DNA of 64,000 bases from Bacillus subtilis subsp. subtilis str. 168 (GCF_000009045.1 NC_000964.3:3038001-3102000), one strand, 5' to 3'. Shown: positions 32,248 through 42,619, counted from the first letter of the stretch. Notes: generated by a model from the letters alone, not told the origin. Numbers and translations are program-made.

Positions 32248-33403
32248 ATGTAAACAATAAAGAGACAGCGGCCGCTAAAAAACAACAGGCGGCAAACGCA
32301 TAGTGCAGGATGTTGATACAGCTTTTTCTGGCCCGATAATATTCATCACTTTCCTTATCGGTGCCAATTAAAAAAGGGGCATCCATGACCTTGTCAAAAA
32401 TAAGCGTCAGGATATAACGGCAAACCCCTGTGTATACCAGCAGCGCAATCACCTTCAGCCAAATTGGGGAAACAAATATGAGAACAGTGAAAGCTGACAG
32501 TAGCATGTACATCTGCCTTGCATACTCGCCATTCCTCAGCATAACTTTAAAAAACAACTCCTTATAGCCTGTGCAGATCGTTCGTCTTTTAAATATCCTT
32601 TTTGAATTTCGGTATAATAATGGTTTTCTTCTCATCCTGTCTTTTACTTTTGGCATTCCCGCCTCCTGACTCATCATCATCACAAGTCCTGCAAGGGCAA
32701 GCCTGCTTTTTTTCTCTTCAGTCACCTCAGCTTCAAAAGCCGTGAACGAGGCTGTCTTTTTCAAACTGCGGATAACTGAGAAAAACAAAAATAAAATGCC
32801 AAAAAGCGCAAGCAAGTGCCGCTCAGTAAAAACAATCAGGATAGCAGAACCAGCAAAAAGAATAGCTCTGACAAGGGTATCGCCAATCCATCTCGAAATG
32901 GAGCGCGGCTTTCTGATCCTGTCTTGCTTTAAGGATAAAAAGAATATATGAAGGCCAAACAAATAACACAATAGAGCAGTGCTTTCTGCGAATGTGATGA
33001 GAACAGAATGACTGATCAAGGGAAGGACAATGAAAAAGAGAAGCAGCCATTTAGCCAGCGTGGCCAGAAAAGAATACAAAAGCGCATACCGTTTGAGCTG
33101 ATAGATGATTTCCTTCTTTTGCAGCAAAAACACTTTGTCCGCTTCCATTAAAAATGTACGAATCGAACCTGTAAACATGATCAGCACACACACAGCATAC
33201 AGCCATCTCCATTCCGCCACTTCAGACCACTCATAAAGAAGGCCTCTTCCGTTCATCAAATCAATATACTGATAGATGACAAAAGCAATCGCCGGCAAAA
33301 CGATATAGAGAGCGACTGTCCAGTCAATGACCGCATGCAACACTTTAAACTGATACTTATAATAGTCAAACAGCCTTCGAAAAAAGAGCGTACGCCCGTT
33401 CAT
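32246..33403 (-). CDS. ythQ: ABC exporter permease (EcsB-like)
   Basis: Multiple TM helices; EADKVFLL EcsB-like motif; overlaps the ythP stop. Confidence 0.85.
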   Translation of the reverse strand: MNGRTLFFRRLFDYYKYQFKVLHAVIDWTVALYIVLPAIAFVIYQYIDLMNGRGLLYEWSEVAEWRWLYAVCVLIMFTGSIRTFLMEADKVFLLQKKEIIYQLKRYALLYSFLATLAKWLLLFFIVLPLISHSVLITFAESTALLCYLFGLHIFFLSLKQDRIRKPRSISRWIGDTLVRAILFAGSAILIVFTERHLLALFGILFLFFSVIRSLKKTASFTAFEAEVTEEKKSRLALAGLVMMMSQEAGMPKVKDRMRRKPLLYRNSKRIFKRRTICTGYKELFFKVMLRNGEYARQMYMLLSAFTVLIFVSPIWLKVIALLVYTGVCRYILTLIFDKVMDAPFLIGTDKESDEYYRARKSCINILHYAFAACCFLAAAVSLLFT

Positions 33404-34110
33404 AGCCGATCACCTTGAACTGCCTTATAAAAACAGTCAAGCAATGACTGCCCCTCTAATCCGGTCTTGTCCTGAACATCTTTTAACGTGCCTTGGAGAA
33501 ATAATGAACCTTTCTCAATCATATAAAACCGGTCACAGATTTTTTCCGCGGTATCGAGTACATGCGTGCACATAAGAATTCCGGCTCCACGTTCTTTTTC
33601 AGCCTTAAGCATGTCCACAAAGCGTTTCGTCGATATCGGATCAAGGCCGATAAACGGTTCATCAATCACATACATATCCGGCTTAGAGAGAAAGGCCTGG
33701 ATAAGCATTAGTTTTTGCTGCATGCCCTTCGAAAAGGTGACAGGCAGCTCATGTTTGACATGATCTAGCGAAAACGTCTGCAGCAGGCTTTGGGCCCGAT
33801 GCGCAAATTCACTCTCTTCAATGCCGTGAAGTGTGCTGATCAGATCCAAATGCTCCCACAGCGTCAGTTCTTCGTAGAAGGACGGATGCTCCGGAATATA
33901 TGCAAATGAACAGTCGTTCCAGGCAATATGCCCTTTAAAATCTTCTGAAAGGCCGAGTATCGCCTTGATTGCGGTGCTTTTTCCTGCGCCGTTAGCTCCG
34001 ATCAGTCCAACCAGTTCCCCTTTTCTGACTTCCAGAAAAACATCGGTGAGCACTTTTTTTCGGCTTGTATACCCGGCCTGTTCTATTGAAGCTTCAAGCA
34101 AATTTGTCAA
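33400..34110 (-). CDS. ythP: ABC transporter ATP-binding protein (EcsA-like)
   Basis: GANGAGKST, FSKGMQQK and IDEPFIGLDP motifs. Confidence 0.93.
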   Translation of the reverse strand: MTNLLEASIEQAGYTSRKKVLTDVFLEVRKGELVGLIGANGAGKSTAIKAILGLSEDFKGHIAWNDCSFAYIPEHPSFYEELTLWEHLDLISTLHGIEESEFAHRAQSLLQTFSLDHVKHELPVTFSKGMQQKLMLIQAFLSKPDMYVIDEPFIGLDPISTKRFVDMLKAEKERGAGILMCTHVLDTAEKICDRFYMIEKGSLFLQGTLKDVQDKTGLEGQSLLDCFYKAVQGDRL

Positions 34111-34134
34111 AACTCACTCACCTCCAAAATTTAC

Positions 34135-34160
34135 TACGAAATAGAATAAAAAAAGTTTCT
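34135..34160 (-). promoter_or_regulatory. sigmaW-type ECF promoter of ythPQ
   Basis: AGAAAC-N16-CGTA (consensus TGAAAC-N16-CGTA). Confidence 0.75.
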
Positions 34161-34400
34161 TTAACCATAATAATATTGAGCCGAAATACATAGTAATCCA
34201 ACAAGGATGGCTGCCCAACGCGAAATTGGAAAAAATTAATAGGAGTTATCCCTAGATTCATCACTGCAATATCGTGTATAATGAGGGCGAATTATTTTAA
34301 CAATTACAGATGTCTGCCTTTGTTGCTATTTCGTACGCAGTTGATAGTCGTGAGTTGTGGTTAGTCAAGTCCATCCGATCTTATGATAGGGAGTGGTTTT

Positions 34401-34622
34401 TTGAAACCTTCAACAAACCGTATGCTAACTCGAATCAAATCAGTTTACATGTTTATTCAAGAAAAAGGTCTTGTGACAACACAGGAACTGGTTGACGAAT
34501 TCGGCATTACACCTAGAACGATTCAAAGAGACTTAAATGTGTTGGCATATAATGATCTTGTTCATAGTCCAAGCCGTGGCAAGTGGGAGACAACGAGAAA
34601 GAAAGTAAAGATTACCTCATAA
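34401..34622 (+). CDS. ytzE: Stand-alone DeoR-type HTH protein, 73 aa
   Basis: TTQELVDEFGITPRTIQRDL HTH; TTG start after AGGGAGTGG. Confidence 0.88.
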   Translation: MKPSTNRMLTRIKSVYMFIQEKGLVTTQELVDEFGITPRTIQRDLNVLAYNDLVHSPSRGKWETTRKKVKITS

Positions 34623-34711
34623 ATTGAAAATTACATAGGGCCGCCTGAGAGCGGTCCGATAGATAACAGGGCGAAGAAACTACTGAGCCTTGTTTTTGTG
34701 TGCTTATAAAT

Positions 34712-34741
34712 AAAACCCCGCATTCGGTATGCGGGGTTTTT
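34712..34741. terminator. Bidirectional terminator ytzE/ytzG
   Basis: AAAACCCCGCAT-5nt-ATGCGGGGTTTT. Confidence 0.92.
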
Positions 34742-34742
34742 G

Positions 34743-35462
34743 TCATGCTTGCGGCTCATTTAGCAAATGAAGCTCTTCCTCTGTCAGCTCACGGTATTCT
34801 CCGGGTGCCAGAGCGGGATCTAGGGAAACGCGTCCCATCGAAAGCCGCTTCAGATAAACCACTTCATTGCCGACTGCCTTTGCCATTTGCTTGACCTGAT
34901 GGTATTTTCCTTCTGTAATTGTCAGATATATAACGGTATTGCCACTGTCGTTTGTTTTGATTTCCGCTTTTGCCGGCTTTGTTTTATAGCCGCCCTCTAT
35001 GTAGACACCCGTTTCCAAATCGGAAATGTCTTCCCGAGAAATCTGTGATTTTAAATGGACTTCATACGTTTTTGGAACATGCTTTTTAGGAGAAAGGAGC
35101 CGATGTGCGAGCTGGCCGTCATTTGTGAGCAGCAAAAAGCCCTCTGTATCTTTATCAAGCCTGCCGGCTGGAAATGGCTCAAATCTCATCTCCTCCGGCG
35201 TCAGCAGATCGACCACTGTTTGCTGCCGGCTGTCCTCAGTCGCCGACAGCACGCCCTGCGGTTTATTCATCATAAGATAAATGAACTCTCGATAATCAAC
35301 CGGTTCCCCGTATACGGTCACCTCCTGCGTATCAGGATCAACGTGCTCCTTTACATCTTTGGCAGGTTTGCCGTCGATCATCACGGCTCCAGCCTTCACA
35401 ACGGCTTTGACTTCTTTTCTGGAACCATACCCGCTGTTGGCAAGCAGCTTATCAAGTCTCAT
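34743..35462 (-). CDS. ytzG: RsuA-family rRNA pseudouridine synthase
   Basis: S4 domain (MRLDKLL..GSRKEV), catalytic GRLDKDTEG, and EGKYHQVK. Confidence 0.93.
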   Translation of the reverse strand: MRLDKLLANSGYGSRKEVKAVVKAGAVMIDGKPAKDVKEHVDPDTQEVTVYGEPVDYREFIYLMMNKPQGVLSATEDSRQQTVVDLLTPEEMRFEPFPAGRLDKDTEGFLLLTNDGQLAHRLLSPKKHVPKTYEVHLKSQISREDISDLETGVYIEGGYKTKPAKAEIKTNDSGNTVIYLTITEGKYHQVKQMAKAVGNEVVYLKRLSMGRVSLDPALAPGEYRELTEEELHLLNEPQA

Positions 35463-35480
35463 TCCCAATCTCTCCTTTAT

Positions 35481-35507
35481 AAAAGAAAGCCCGCAGCATG
35501 CGAGCCC
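35481..35507 (-). terminator. Terminator-like hairpin between murJ and ytzG
   Basis: GGGCTCGCA-tgc-TGCGGGCTT (with G.U pairs) followed by TCTTTT. Confidence 0.5.
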
Positions 35508-35530
35508 TCAGTTTCATCATATCTAGTTCA

Positions 35531-37165
35531 TCAGCCTGCATGTCTGCCTTTCCTAAAGAAACCTGGCAAACGGCGGCCTAAAATTTTCTGCAAAAATCCT
35601 AATCGGTAGCCGCAATACAGGTAGACAGCTCCGCCAACAGCGGCCGCGATCACCACAACAATCGCAGCTTGCATCTGGCCATCCTGATAGGAAATAAAGA
35701 AGCCTAATACCCACTGCACGATTTTCACGGCAATACCCATAATGGCTGATAAGACCAGCATCAAAACAGTTCGTTTAACAAGTATCTTATACGAATAGCC
35801 TGCATGGCGCTTAATCATGATAAACCCATATAAAAGGGAAGCGATATATCCAAGCGCCGTCGCTAAAATCGCTCCGTCAGCCTGCATCAGCTTGATCAGC
35901 GGAACATTCAGCACAAGCTTGATCACGACACCGATCACAAGGCTGACAACCGCAAATTTTTGCTTATTGATGCCCTGCAGAATAGCTGCGTTGACTGTAA
36001 ACAAAGAGAACAGAATTGCGACAGGCGAATACCAAAGCAAAATGTTTGCCCCCAGTTCAGGATGAAGGCTCTCTGACCCGTAAAAGAACGTATACGTCGG
36101 TCCTGACAATAGAGAGATCCCGACAACAGCCGGAATAATTAAAAACAGGATCGTCTGCATCGTTTGATTAATCTGCTGATTTAACAGCTTATAGTTTCCG
36201 CTTGTAAACGATTCAGTAATCGTTGGAATTAATGTCAGTCCAAAAGCAGTTGCTAGGGAAACCGGGATCATCACGAGCTTCTGAACATACAGGGTTAGAA
36301 TCGCAAGCATGTCCTGGCTGATGGCTTGATGACCGGCTTCAATCATCGCTTTGTTAAACGTATTTGTATCAATATAGTTATACAAAGGGATGGCTAGTCC
36401 GACAAAAACGTACGGAGCAGCATAGCTGAACAGCTCGAAAAACATTTTCTTGTAGCTTAGGTTTGCTGTCGGACCCGTATTCGGCATCATCGCCAGCAGG
36501 CTGCCCTTCCGTTTGTTCCAATAAATATAAAGCACGACCAGCCCTCCGAAGGCACCGATCAGCGCTGCGAAGGTTGCATAGCCCACAGCGATGACAAGGC
36601 CGCCGTTGAAAACCTTCAAAATCAAGAATGTCGCACTCAATAGAAAGATGATGCGGACAATCTGTTCAACGACTTGGGAAACAGCTGTCGGACCCATCAT
36701 TTGGTGCCCTTGAAAGAATCCGCGGACAAGGCTCATAATCGGTACGACCAAAAGCGCTAAGCTGACCATGCGGATGACATAAACGACATGATCAATTGTC
36801 AGGCCGTTATTATCCTTGCCTCCCAGCGATATTTCCGCAAACATCGGAGCCGATAGATACAGAATGAAAAAGGCTATCATTCCTGTGACTAGCATAACCG
36901 ACATGCCCGCCTTGAGCATTTTCCTGCTTGTCTCATAATCCCCTTTTGAATTATATTTGGAAACAAATTTAGAAACAGCGGCCGGAAAGCCCATCGTAGC
37001 AATATTCAAAAATAAAGTGTATTGGTTGTATCCGTATTGAAATAATGCACCGCCTGTCGCCCCGACCATAATGCTGAAGGGAATTAAATAGACCATCCCC
37101 AGAATCCGCGATATATATGTACCGAGCGTTAATACAAACGTGCCTCTTAACAGTTTGCTTGACAT
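35531..37165 (-). CDS. murJ: Lipid II flippase (MOP family)
   Basis: About 14 hydrophobic segments; SRILG, GFPAAVSK and RGFFQG motifs; former name ytgP. Confidence 0.9.
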   Translation of the reverse strand: MSSKLLRGTFVLTLGTYISRILGMVYLIPFSIMVGATGGALFQYGYNQYTLFLNIATMGFPAAVSKFVSKYNSKGDYETSRKMLKAGMSVMLVTGMIAFFILYLSAPMFAEISLGGKDNNGLTIDHVVYVIRMVSLALLVVPIMSLVRGFFQGHQMMGPTAVSQVVEQIVRIIFLLSATFLILKVFNGGLVIAVGYATFAALIGAFGGLVVLYIYWNKRKGSLLAMMPNTGPTANLSYKKMFFELFSYAAPYVFVGLAIPLYNYIDTNTFNKAMIEAGHQAISQDMLAILTLYVQKLVMIPVSLATAFGLTLIPTITESFTSGNYKLLNQQINQTMQTILFLIIPAVVGISLLSGPTYTFFYGSESLHPELGANILLWYSPVAILFSLFTVNAAILQGINKQKFAVVSLVIGVVIKLVLNVPLIKLMQADGAILATALGYIASLLYGFIMIKRHAGYSYKILVKRTVLMLVLSAIMGIAVKIVQWVLGFFISYQDGQMQAAIVVVIAAAVGGAVYLYCGYRLGFLQKILGRRLPGFFRKGRHAG

Positions 37166-37284
37166 GTTTCTTCATCACCATTTTCTACGAAGATTCAACT
37201 TTTCTATTTTACCACAACTGGGCATTTAGACGGTAATAAATACAAAAGCAATCCTGTGAACATTCATGTCCGCGGCAAAAGACG

Positions 37285-37313
37285 TTTAAGGAGCGGCTTT
37301 CTTTCGCTATAAT
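37285..37313 (+). promoter_or_regulatory. Putative sigmaA promoter of ytfP
   Basis: TTTAAG-N17-TATAAT. Confidence 0.55.
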
Positions 37314-37366
37314 AGTACTGCGGACGGGTGTCCGCACACGAAATGAAAAGAAAGTTGATGATAAAG

Positions 37367-38629
37367 ATGAAACAATATGACGTAATCGTAATCGGCGGAG
37401 GCCCTTCAGGCTTGATGGCTGCGATTGCAGCAGGAGAACAGGGCGCTGGCGTGTTGCTGATAGATAAAGGAAATAAATTAGGACGGAAACTCGCGATTTC
37501 CGGGGGCGGCCGCTGCAATGTGACGAACCGCCTTCCTGTGGAAGAAATTATCAAGCACATCCCCGGCAACGGGCGTTTTTTATACAGCGCGTTTTCTGAA
37601 TTTAATAATGAGGACATTATCAAGTTTTTTGAAAACCTCGGCATTCAATTGAAGGAAGAGGATCACGGCCGGATGTTTCCTGTGACCGACAAAGCCCAAA
37701 GTGTCGTTGACGCGCTGTTAAACAGGCTAAAGCAGCTCCGCGTAACAATCAGAACGAACGAGAAAATTAAATCTGTTTTATATGAAGATGGACAGGCAGC
37801 AGGGATTGTGACGAATAATGGCGAAATGATCCATAGCCAGGCAGTCATTATTGCTGTCGGCGGTAAAAGCGTGCCTCATACCGGAAGCACGGGAGACGGC
37901 TATGAATGGGCTGAAGCCGCGGGCCATACCATAACAGAGCTGTTTCCGACAGAGGTTCCCGTCACTTCTGGCGAACCGTTCATTAAGCAAAAAACACTTC
38001 AGGGCTTATCACTAAGAGATGTAGCCGTCAGTGTGTTAAATAAAAAAGGCAAACCGATTATCACACATAAAATGGACATGCTGTTTACCCATTTCGGCCT
38101 CTCAGGACCTGCCATTCTCAGATGCAGCCAATTTGTCGTAAAAGAGCTGAAAAAACAGCCTCAAGTGCCGATCAGAATCGACTTGTATCCGGATATCAAT
38201 GAAGAAACGCTTTTCCAAAAGATGTATAAAGAACTGAAGGAAGCACCGAAAAAAACCATTAAAAACGTGCTGAAGCCTTGGATGCAGGAGCGCTATCTCC
38301 TATTCCTGCTCGAAAAAAACGGCATCTCTCCGAACGTATCGTTTTCTGAGCTGCCGAAGGATCCTTTCAGACAATTTGTAAGGGACTGCAAGCAGTTTAC
38401 TGTCCTCGCAAATGGCACACTGTCGCTTGATAAGGCATTTGTCACGGGAGGCGGGGTATCTGTAAAAGAAATTGACCCGAAAAAGATGGCTTCTAAAAAA
38501 ATGGAGGGGCTTTATTTTTGCGGTGAAATTCTGGATATCCACGGCTACACAGGCGGATACAATATTACCTCCGCCCTTGTCACAGGCAGGCTTGCAGGGC
38601 TAAATGCCGGGCAATACGCCCGTTCTTAA
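37367..38629 (+). CDS. ytfP: HI0933/BaiN/YhiN-family flavoprotein, 420 aa
   Basis: [16 protein letters not shown] and [14 protein letters not shown] motifs. Confidence 0.9.
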
Positions 38630-38702
38630 TCATTACTCTTTAAATCTCTTGCCGCCAAACTCACATTTGAACATTCCCCGCATTCATGTTAGGGTGAGAC
38701 TT

Positions 38703-38729
38703 GTTTTGTTTCACCTGATTGCGGGGTAA
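38703..38729 (+). promoter_or_regulatory. sigmaB promoter of opuD
   Basis: GTTTTG-N15-GGGTAA. Confidence 0.65.
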
Positions 38730-38817
38730 TTTTAAGAGAGGAATGAGCTGCCATCGTACGACCATACTAAGCCTGCGAGCAAGATATAGGCGTACACAAA
38801 AAATTAGAGGGTGAGAA

Positions 38818-40356
38818 ATGTTGAAACATATATCTAGTGTATTTTGGATTGTGATTGCAATCACAGCTGCAGCTGTATTATGGGGTGTTATTTCTCCTGA
38901 CAGCCTGCAAAATGTGTCTCAATCGGCACAAGCATTTATTACCGATTCATTTGGTTGGTATTATCTTTTAGTTGTCTCTTTGTTTGTCGGGTTTTGTCTC
39001 TTTTTGATTTTCAGCCCGATCGGAAAAATCAAACTCGGAAAGCCTGATGAAAAACCGGAATTCGGGTTATTATCATGGTTTGCCATGCTGTTCAGCGCAG
39101 GCATGGGAATCGGCTTAGTATTCTACGGTGCGGCTGAACCGATCAGCCATTACGCAATTAGCTCTCCATCAGGTGAAACAGAAACCCCCCAAGCCTTCAG
39201 AGATGCACTCCGCTATACGTTTTTCCACTGGGGTTTGCACGCTTGGGCCATTTATGCCATTGTGGCATTATGCATTGCCTATTTCCAATTCCGCAAAGGC
39301 GCACCCGGGTTAATCAGCAGCACACTGTCACCGATTCTCGGGGATAAAGTAAACGGACCGATCGGAAAGGCCATTGACTGTATTGCAGTTTTCGCCACTG
39401 TTGTCGGGGTGTCAACAAGTCTTGGTCTTGGCGCAACCCAAATTAACGGCGGTTTGAATTACCTGTTCGGCATTCCGAATGCGTTTATCGTCCAATTGGT
39501 TTTAATCATTATTGTGACAGTGCTCTTTTTACTTTCTGCGTGGAGCGGACTCGGAAAAGGAATTAAGTATTTAAGCAACACAAACATGGTATTGGCCGGA
39601 TTGTTAATGTTGTTTATGCTCGTTGTCGGGCCTACAGTGCTGATAATGAACTCATTTACAGATTCTATCGGACAATACATTCAAAATATCGTTCAAATGA
39701 GCTTCAGACTGACACCGAACGATCCTGAAAAACGCGAATGGATTAACAGCTGGACGATTTTCTATTGGGCATGGTGGATTTCCTGGTCTCCATTTGTCGG
39801 CATTTTCATCGCCCGTGTATCCAGAGGCCGGACGATCCGCGAATTTTTAATCGGCGTCTTGGTGACACCTTGTATTTTGACATTTCTATGGTTCTCCATT
39901 TTCGGCGTATCAGCCATGGATCTCCAGCAAAAAGGCGCGTTCAATGTAGCAAAGCTGTCCACTGAAACGATGCTGTTCGGAACACTTGATCACTATCCGC
40001 TGACAATGGTGACATCGATCCTTGCATTGATTCTGATCGCAGTATTCTTTATCACGTCAGCTGATTCAGCTACATTCGTGCTGGGCATGCAGACGTCGTA
40101 CGGTTCTTTAAATCCGGCGAATTCTGTGAAACTCAGCTGGGGTATCATTCAGTCCGCCATGGCGGCTGTGCTCCTATATTCCGGAGGGCTTGCCGCTTTG
40201 CAGAACACAGCGATTCTGGCAGCGCTGCCGTTTTCTATCGTTATCCTGCTGATGATTGCCTCTCTCTATCAATCGCTCTCAAAAGAAAGAAGAGAGATCA
40301 AAAAAGCGGAGAAACTCGATAAACCAAGAAGTCCAAGAGTGAAAAAAGCATATTAA
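38818..40356 (+). CDS. opuD: Glycine betaine transporter (BCCT family)
   Basis: [21 protein letters not shown] and [13 protein letters not shown] motifs. Confidence 0.97.
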   Translation: MLKHISSVFWIVIAITAAAVLWGVISPDSLQNVSQSAQAFITDSFGWYYLLVVSLFVGFCLFLIFSPIGKIKLGKPDEKPEFGLLSWFAMLFSAGMGIGLVFYGAAEPISHYAISSPSGETETPQAFRDALRYTFFHWGLHAWAIYAIVALCIAYFQFRKGAPGLISSTLSPILGDKVNGPIGKAIDCIAVFATVVGVSTSLGLGATQINGGLNYLFGIPNAFIVQLVLIIIVTVLFLLSAWSGLGKGIKYLSNTNMVLAGLLMLFMLVVGPTVLIMNSFTDSIGQYIQNIVQMSFRLTPNDPEKREWINSWTIFYWAWWISWSPFVGIFIARVSRGRTIREFLIGVLVTPCILTFLWFSIFGVSAMDLQQKGAFNVAKLSTETMLFGTLDHYPLTMVTSILALILIAVFFITSADSATFVLGMQTSYGSLNPANSVKLSWGIIQSAMAAVLLYSGGLAALQNTAILAALPFSIVILLMIASLYQSLSKERREIKKAEKLDKPRSPRVKKAY

Positions 40357-40357
40357 C

Positions 40358-40394
40358 AAAAAAGATCTTTCCGCGCCTGCGGAAAGATCTTTTT
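40358..40394. terminator. Bidirectional terminator opuD/cse60
   Basis: 16-bp perfect inverted repeat AAAAAGATCTTTCCGC/GCGGAAAGATCTTTTT. Confidence 0.93.
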
Positions 40395-40575
40395 ATTTGC
40401 GATATAAAATAAGGGCGGAAAAACAGTAAAGCTGCTCGCCGTCTGGGTCGCACGCCGCCGAAACCGTATATTTGATATCTATCAGCTGCTCCTCCGATAT
40501 CCCTTTTAAAAATGAATTGATTTCCGTTTGTAAGTCTTTTTCATGCTCTTCATCAAATACCGCTACCTTCAGCAT
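40393..40575 (-). CDS. cse60: Sporulation protein Cse60 (DUF2758)
   Basis: 60-aa ORF with AAAGGAG RBS; recognised sequence. Confidence 0.9.
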   Translation of the reverse strand: MLKVAVFDEEHEKDLQTEINSFLKGISEEQLIDIKYTVSAACDPDGEQLYCFSALILYRK

Positions 40576-40599
40576 TTTATCCGCTCTCCTTTCTCTATC

Positions 40600-40628
40600 A
40601 ATCTATTCCGTTTGGAACAGCGTTATGA
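40600..40628 (-). promoter_or_regulatory. sigmaE promoter of cse60
   Basis: TCATAAC-N14-AATAGATT. Confidence 0.75.
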
Positions 40629-40642
40629 TAGAGAAATGATGA

Positions 40643-41311
40643 TTATCTCGTTTCCGGATAAAAAGCTTTCCGTATATGGGATTTCCTCTGTGGCTCGCCG
40701 CCGTGCTGCTCCACTTTCAGCAGCACGGCATAAACAATGCGCATATGGCAGTAGCTGATAAGGCTGACGCTGAAAAAAGGGACAATGCCCGGCAGGTACG
40801 CAAGCAAGAAAAAGAGAGCAACAGTCAGCGCAAGCATAGTAAGCGTATATTGCAAATACGCCACACTGAGCAAGAGCGAAAATTTCACATACAGACGTTT
40901 TTTCCAGTCAAAATGGACAAGCAGCGGAAACACATAAAAAAGCATGGATACGAACAAAAAGCCAAATATCATAATGGCGAAGCGCAGGATGTGCAGAAGG
41001 AAATGACTTGGATAAATTAAGGCCAAATCAATATAAATGATCACTCCGATGAGCGCCAGTACAGCGCCGAGCAGATTTGAACGAAAAAATTCACCCTTGT
41101 ATTCCTGCCAAAACGTTTTGAGCACCGGAACGTTGTCCTGCCCCTGGATCCACTTCCGCATGACAGCGAATAAAGCCGCGGTCGCGGGCATGATGCCAAA
41201 CACGCCGAGACCGAGCAACGTAAAAAACAGCCACAGCAAGTTTGTATACGCAAATCTCATAATCCATTCGCAAAAACGCAGCATCCGTCCCAGTGAGCCA
41301 TCATGTTCCAT
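40643..41311 (-). CDS. yteU: YesL/DUF624 family membrane protein
   Basis: NLLW..GVFGIMPATAAL motif; several TM helices. Confidence 0.88.
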   Translation of the reverse strand: MEHDGSLGRMLRFCEWIMRFAYTNLLWLFFTLLGLGVFGIMPATAALFAVMRKWIQGQDNVPVLKTFWQEYKGEFFRSNLLGAVLALIGVIIYIDLALIYPSHFLLHILRFAIMIFGFLFVSMLFYVFPLLVHFDWKKRLYVKFSLLLSVAYLQYTLTMLALTVALFFLLAYLPGIVPFFSVSLISYCHMRIVYAVLLKVEQHGGEPQRKSHIRKAFYPETR

Positions 41312-41332
41312 GGCGCCCCCTCCTTTTTTGCA

Positions 41333-42619
41333 TTATACATTCTGCATCTGAAAAAGCTCTTTCATGCCGATCGGCTTCTTTTCGGCAACCGAGCGCCACA
41401 TTCCCTCACCAACCGCGATGGAGTAGGCTCCAGCTTCAGCCCCGGCTAAAATATCATAGCGGCGCAGCGGGTCTTTCCCTAAAAAAAGATCCTCAAGCAA
41501 AAGCGGATCACCTCCGCCATGCCCCCCTTCATTTTTGACCACTTGTATCGTCTGCTTTGATTCAAAAAGCGGATAGTATTCGATTGTCTGCTCAGGAAAA
41601 GCAAACGGAATTCTGGAAGGTTCGTGAAATTCATTTGATTCAATACGTCCTTTTGTGCCGTTGATCGTCAGCCGGTAGCCTTCATACGGGGCCGAAAAAA
41701 TAATCGAGTAGCTTAACAGTGCGCCGCCATCATATTTGACTGCCGCCACGTACGTATCCTCGATGTCAATTTCCTCGTCAAAAATACACGCGTCAGGCCT
41801 GTATGCAGTATATAAGCTGGACTGGTCTCCTGCTTCAAGATGATCATCCTTTATAGAAGCTTTAGAGGAACGGGGATGCCACCTTGAATAGTAGTGGCAT
41901 TTTTCTTTAACACGGCACGTCCCGCAAAAACGCCCGTCTTCTTCCGGCAAGGGGTTCCACTCACTGTCCGGCCCATAGTAATTCAAGGCGCCATAAGCAA
42001 ATACCTCTTCCGGATTTTGCCCGAGCCACCAATTGACGAGATCGAAGTGATGTGTTGATTTATGGACAGAAAGACCGCCGGAAAACTGTCTCGACCTGTT
42101 CCAGCGTTTAAAATAGCTGGCGCCATGATACGTATCAATATACCAATTTAAATCAACAGAAGTGACCCTGCCTATTTTTCCGTCCAGAATCATTTCTTTT
42201 ATTTTCCGATGAAACGGGCTGTAGCGATAGTTAAACGCGACGGTGACTTTTCCTTCGCTTTTGGCCTCCGCTTCAAGCACCCGATTCGCATCCTGCACTG
42301 TTGTCACCATTGGTTTTTCAGTAATCACATCTGTATTCCACTGAAGGCTTTTTACAATATATGCGACATGCGTATCGTCCCTGCCTGCCACAATGACGAT
42401 ATCAGGCTTTGAGACGCGCATCATCTCGTCAAAAGCATCTTCGCTAAACTCAGGCACGTGGGCCAGCTCGGGAAATTTCTTCTTGCAAACGGCAAAACGT
42501 TTCGGATCGGCATCCAGCAATCCCGTAATCTCATAATGAGTTGAAAACCGCTCCATCAGTGGTTTGATAAACATACTGAATGCTCTGCTGCTCAATCCGC
42601 AAAAGACGATGTTCTTCAA
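41333..42619 (-). CDS. yteT: Gfo/Idh/MocA family oxidoreductase
   Basis: EKP motif, HHFDL, and C-terminal GHGGGD; TTG start. Confidence 0.9.
   Translation of the reverse strand: MKNIVFCGLSSRAFSMFIKPLMERFSTHYEITGLLDADPKRFAVCKKKFPELAHVPEFSEDAFDEMMRVSKPDIVIVAGRDDTHVAYIVKSLQWNTDVITEKPMVTTVQDANRVLEAEAKSEGKVTVAFNYRYSPFHRKIKEMILDGKIGRVTSVDLNWYIDTYHGASYFKRWNRSRQFSGGLSVHKSTHHFDLVNWWLGQNPEEVFAYGALNYYGPDSEWNPLPEEDGRFCGTCRVKEKCHYYSRWHPRSSKASIKDDHLEAGDQSSLYTAYRPDACIFDEEIDIEDTYVAAVKYDGGALLSYSIIFSAPYEGYRLTINGTKGRIESNEFHEPSRIPFAFPEQTIEYYPLFESKQTIQVVKNEGGHGGGDPLLLEDLFLGKDPLRRYDILAGAEAGAYSIAVGEGMWRSVAEKKPIGMKELFQMQNV

Noticed and set aside
34310-34495. 61-aa ORF in the ytzE leader
   Set aside because: No SD, and it overlaps ytzE out of frame.
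35055-35609. 184-aa plus-strand ORF
   Set aside because: Antisense shadow of ytzG and the murJ end; no RBS or recognisable motifs.
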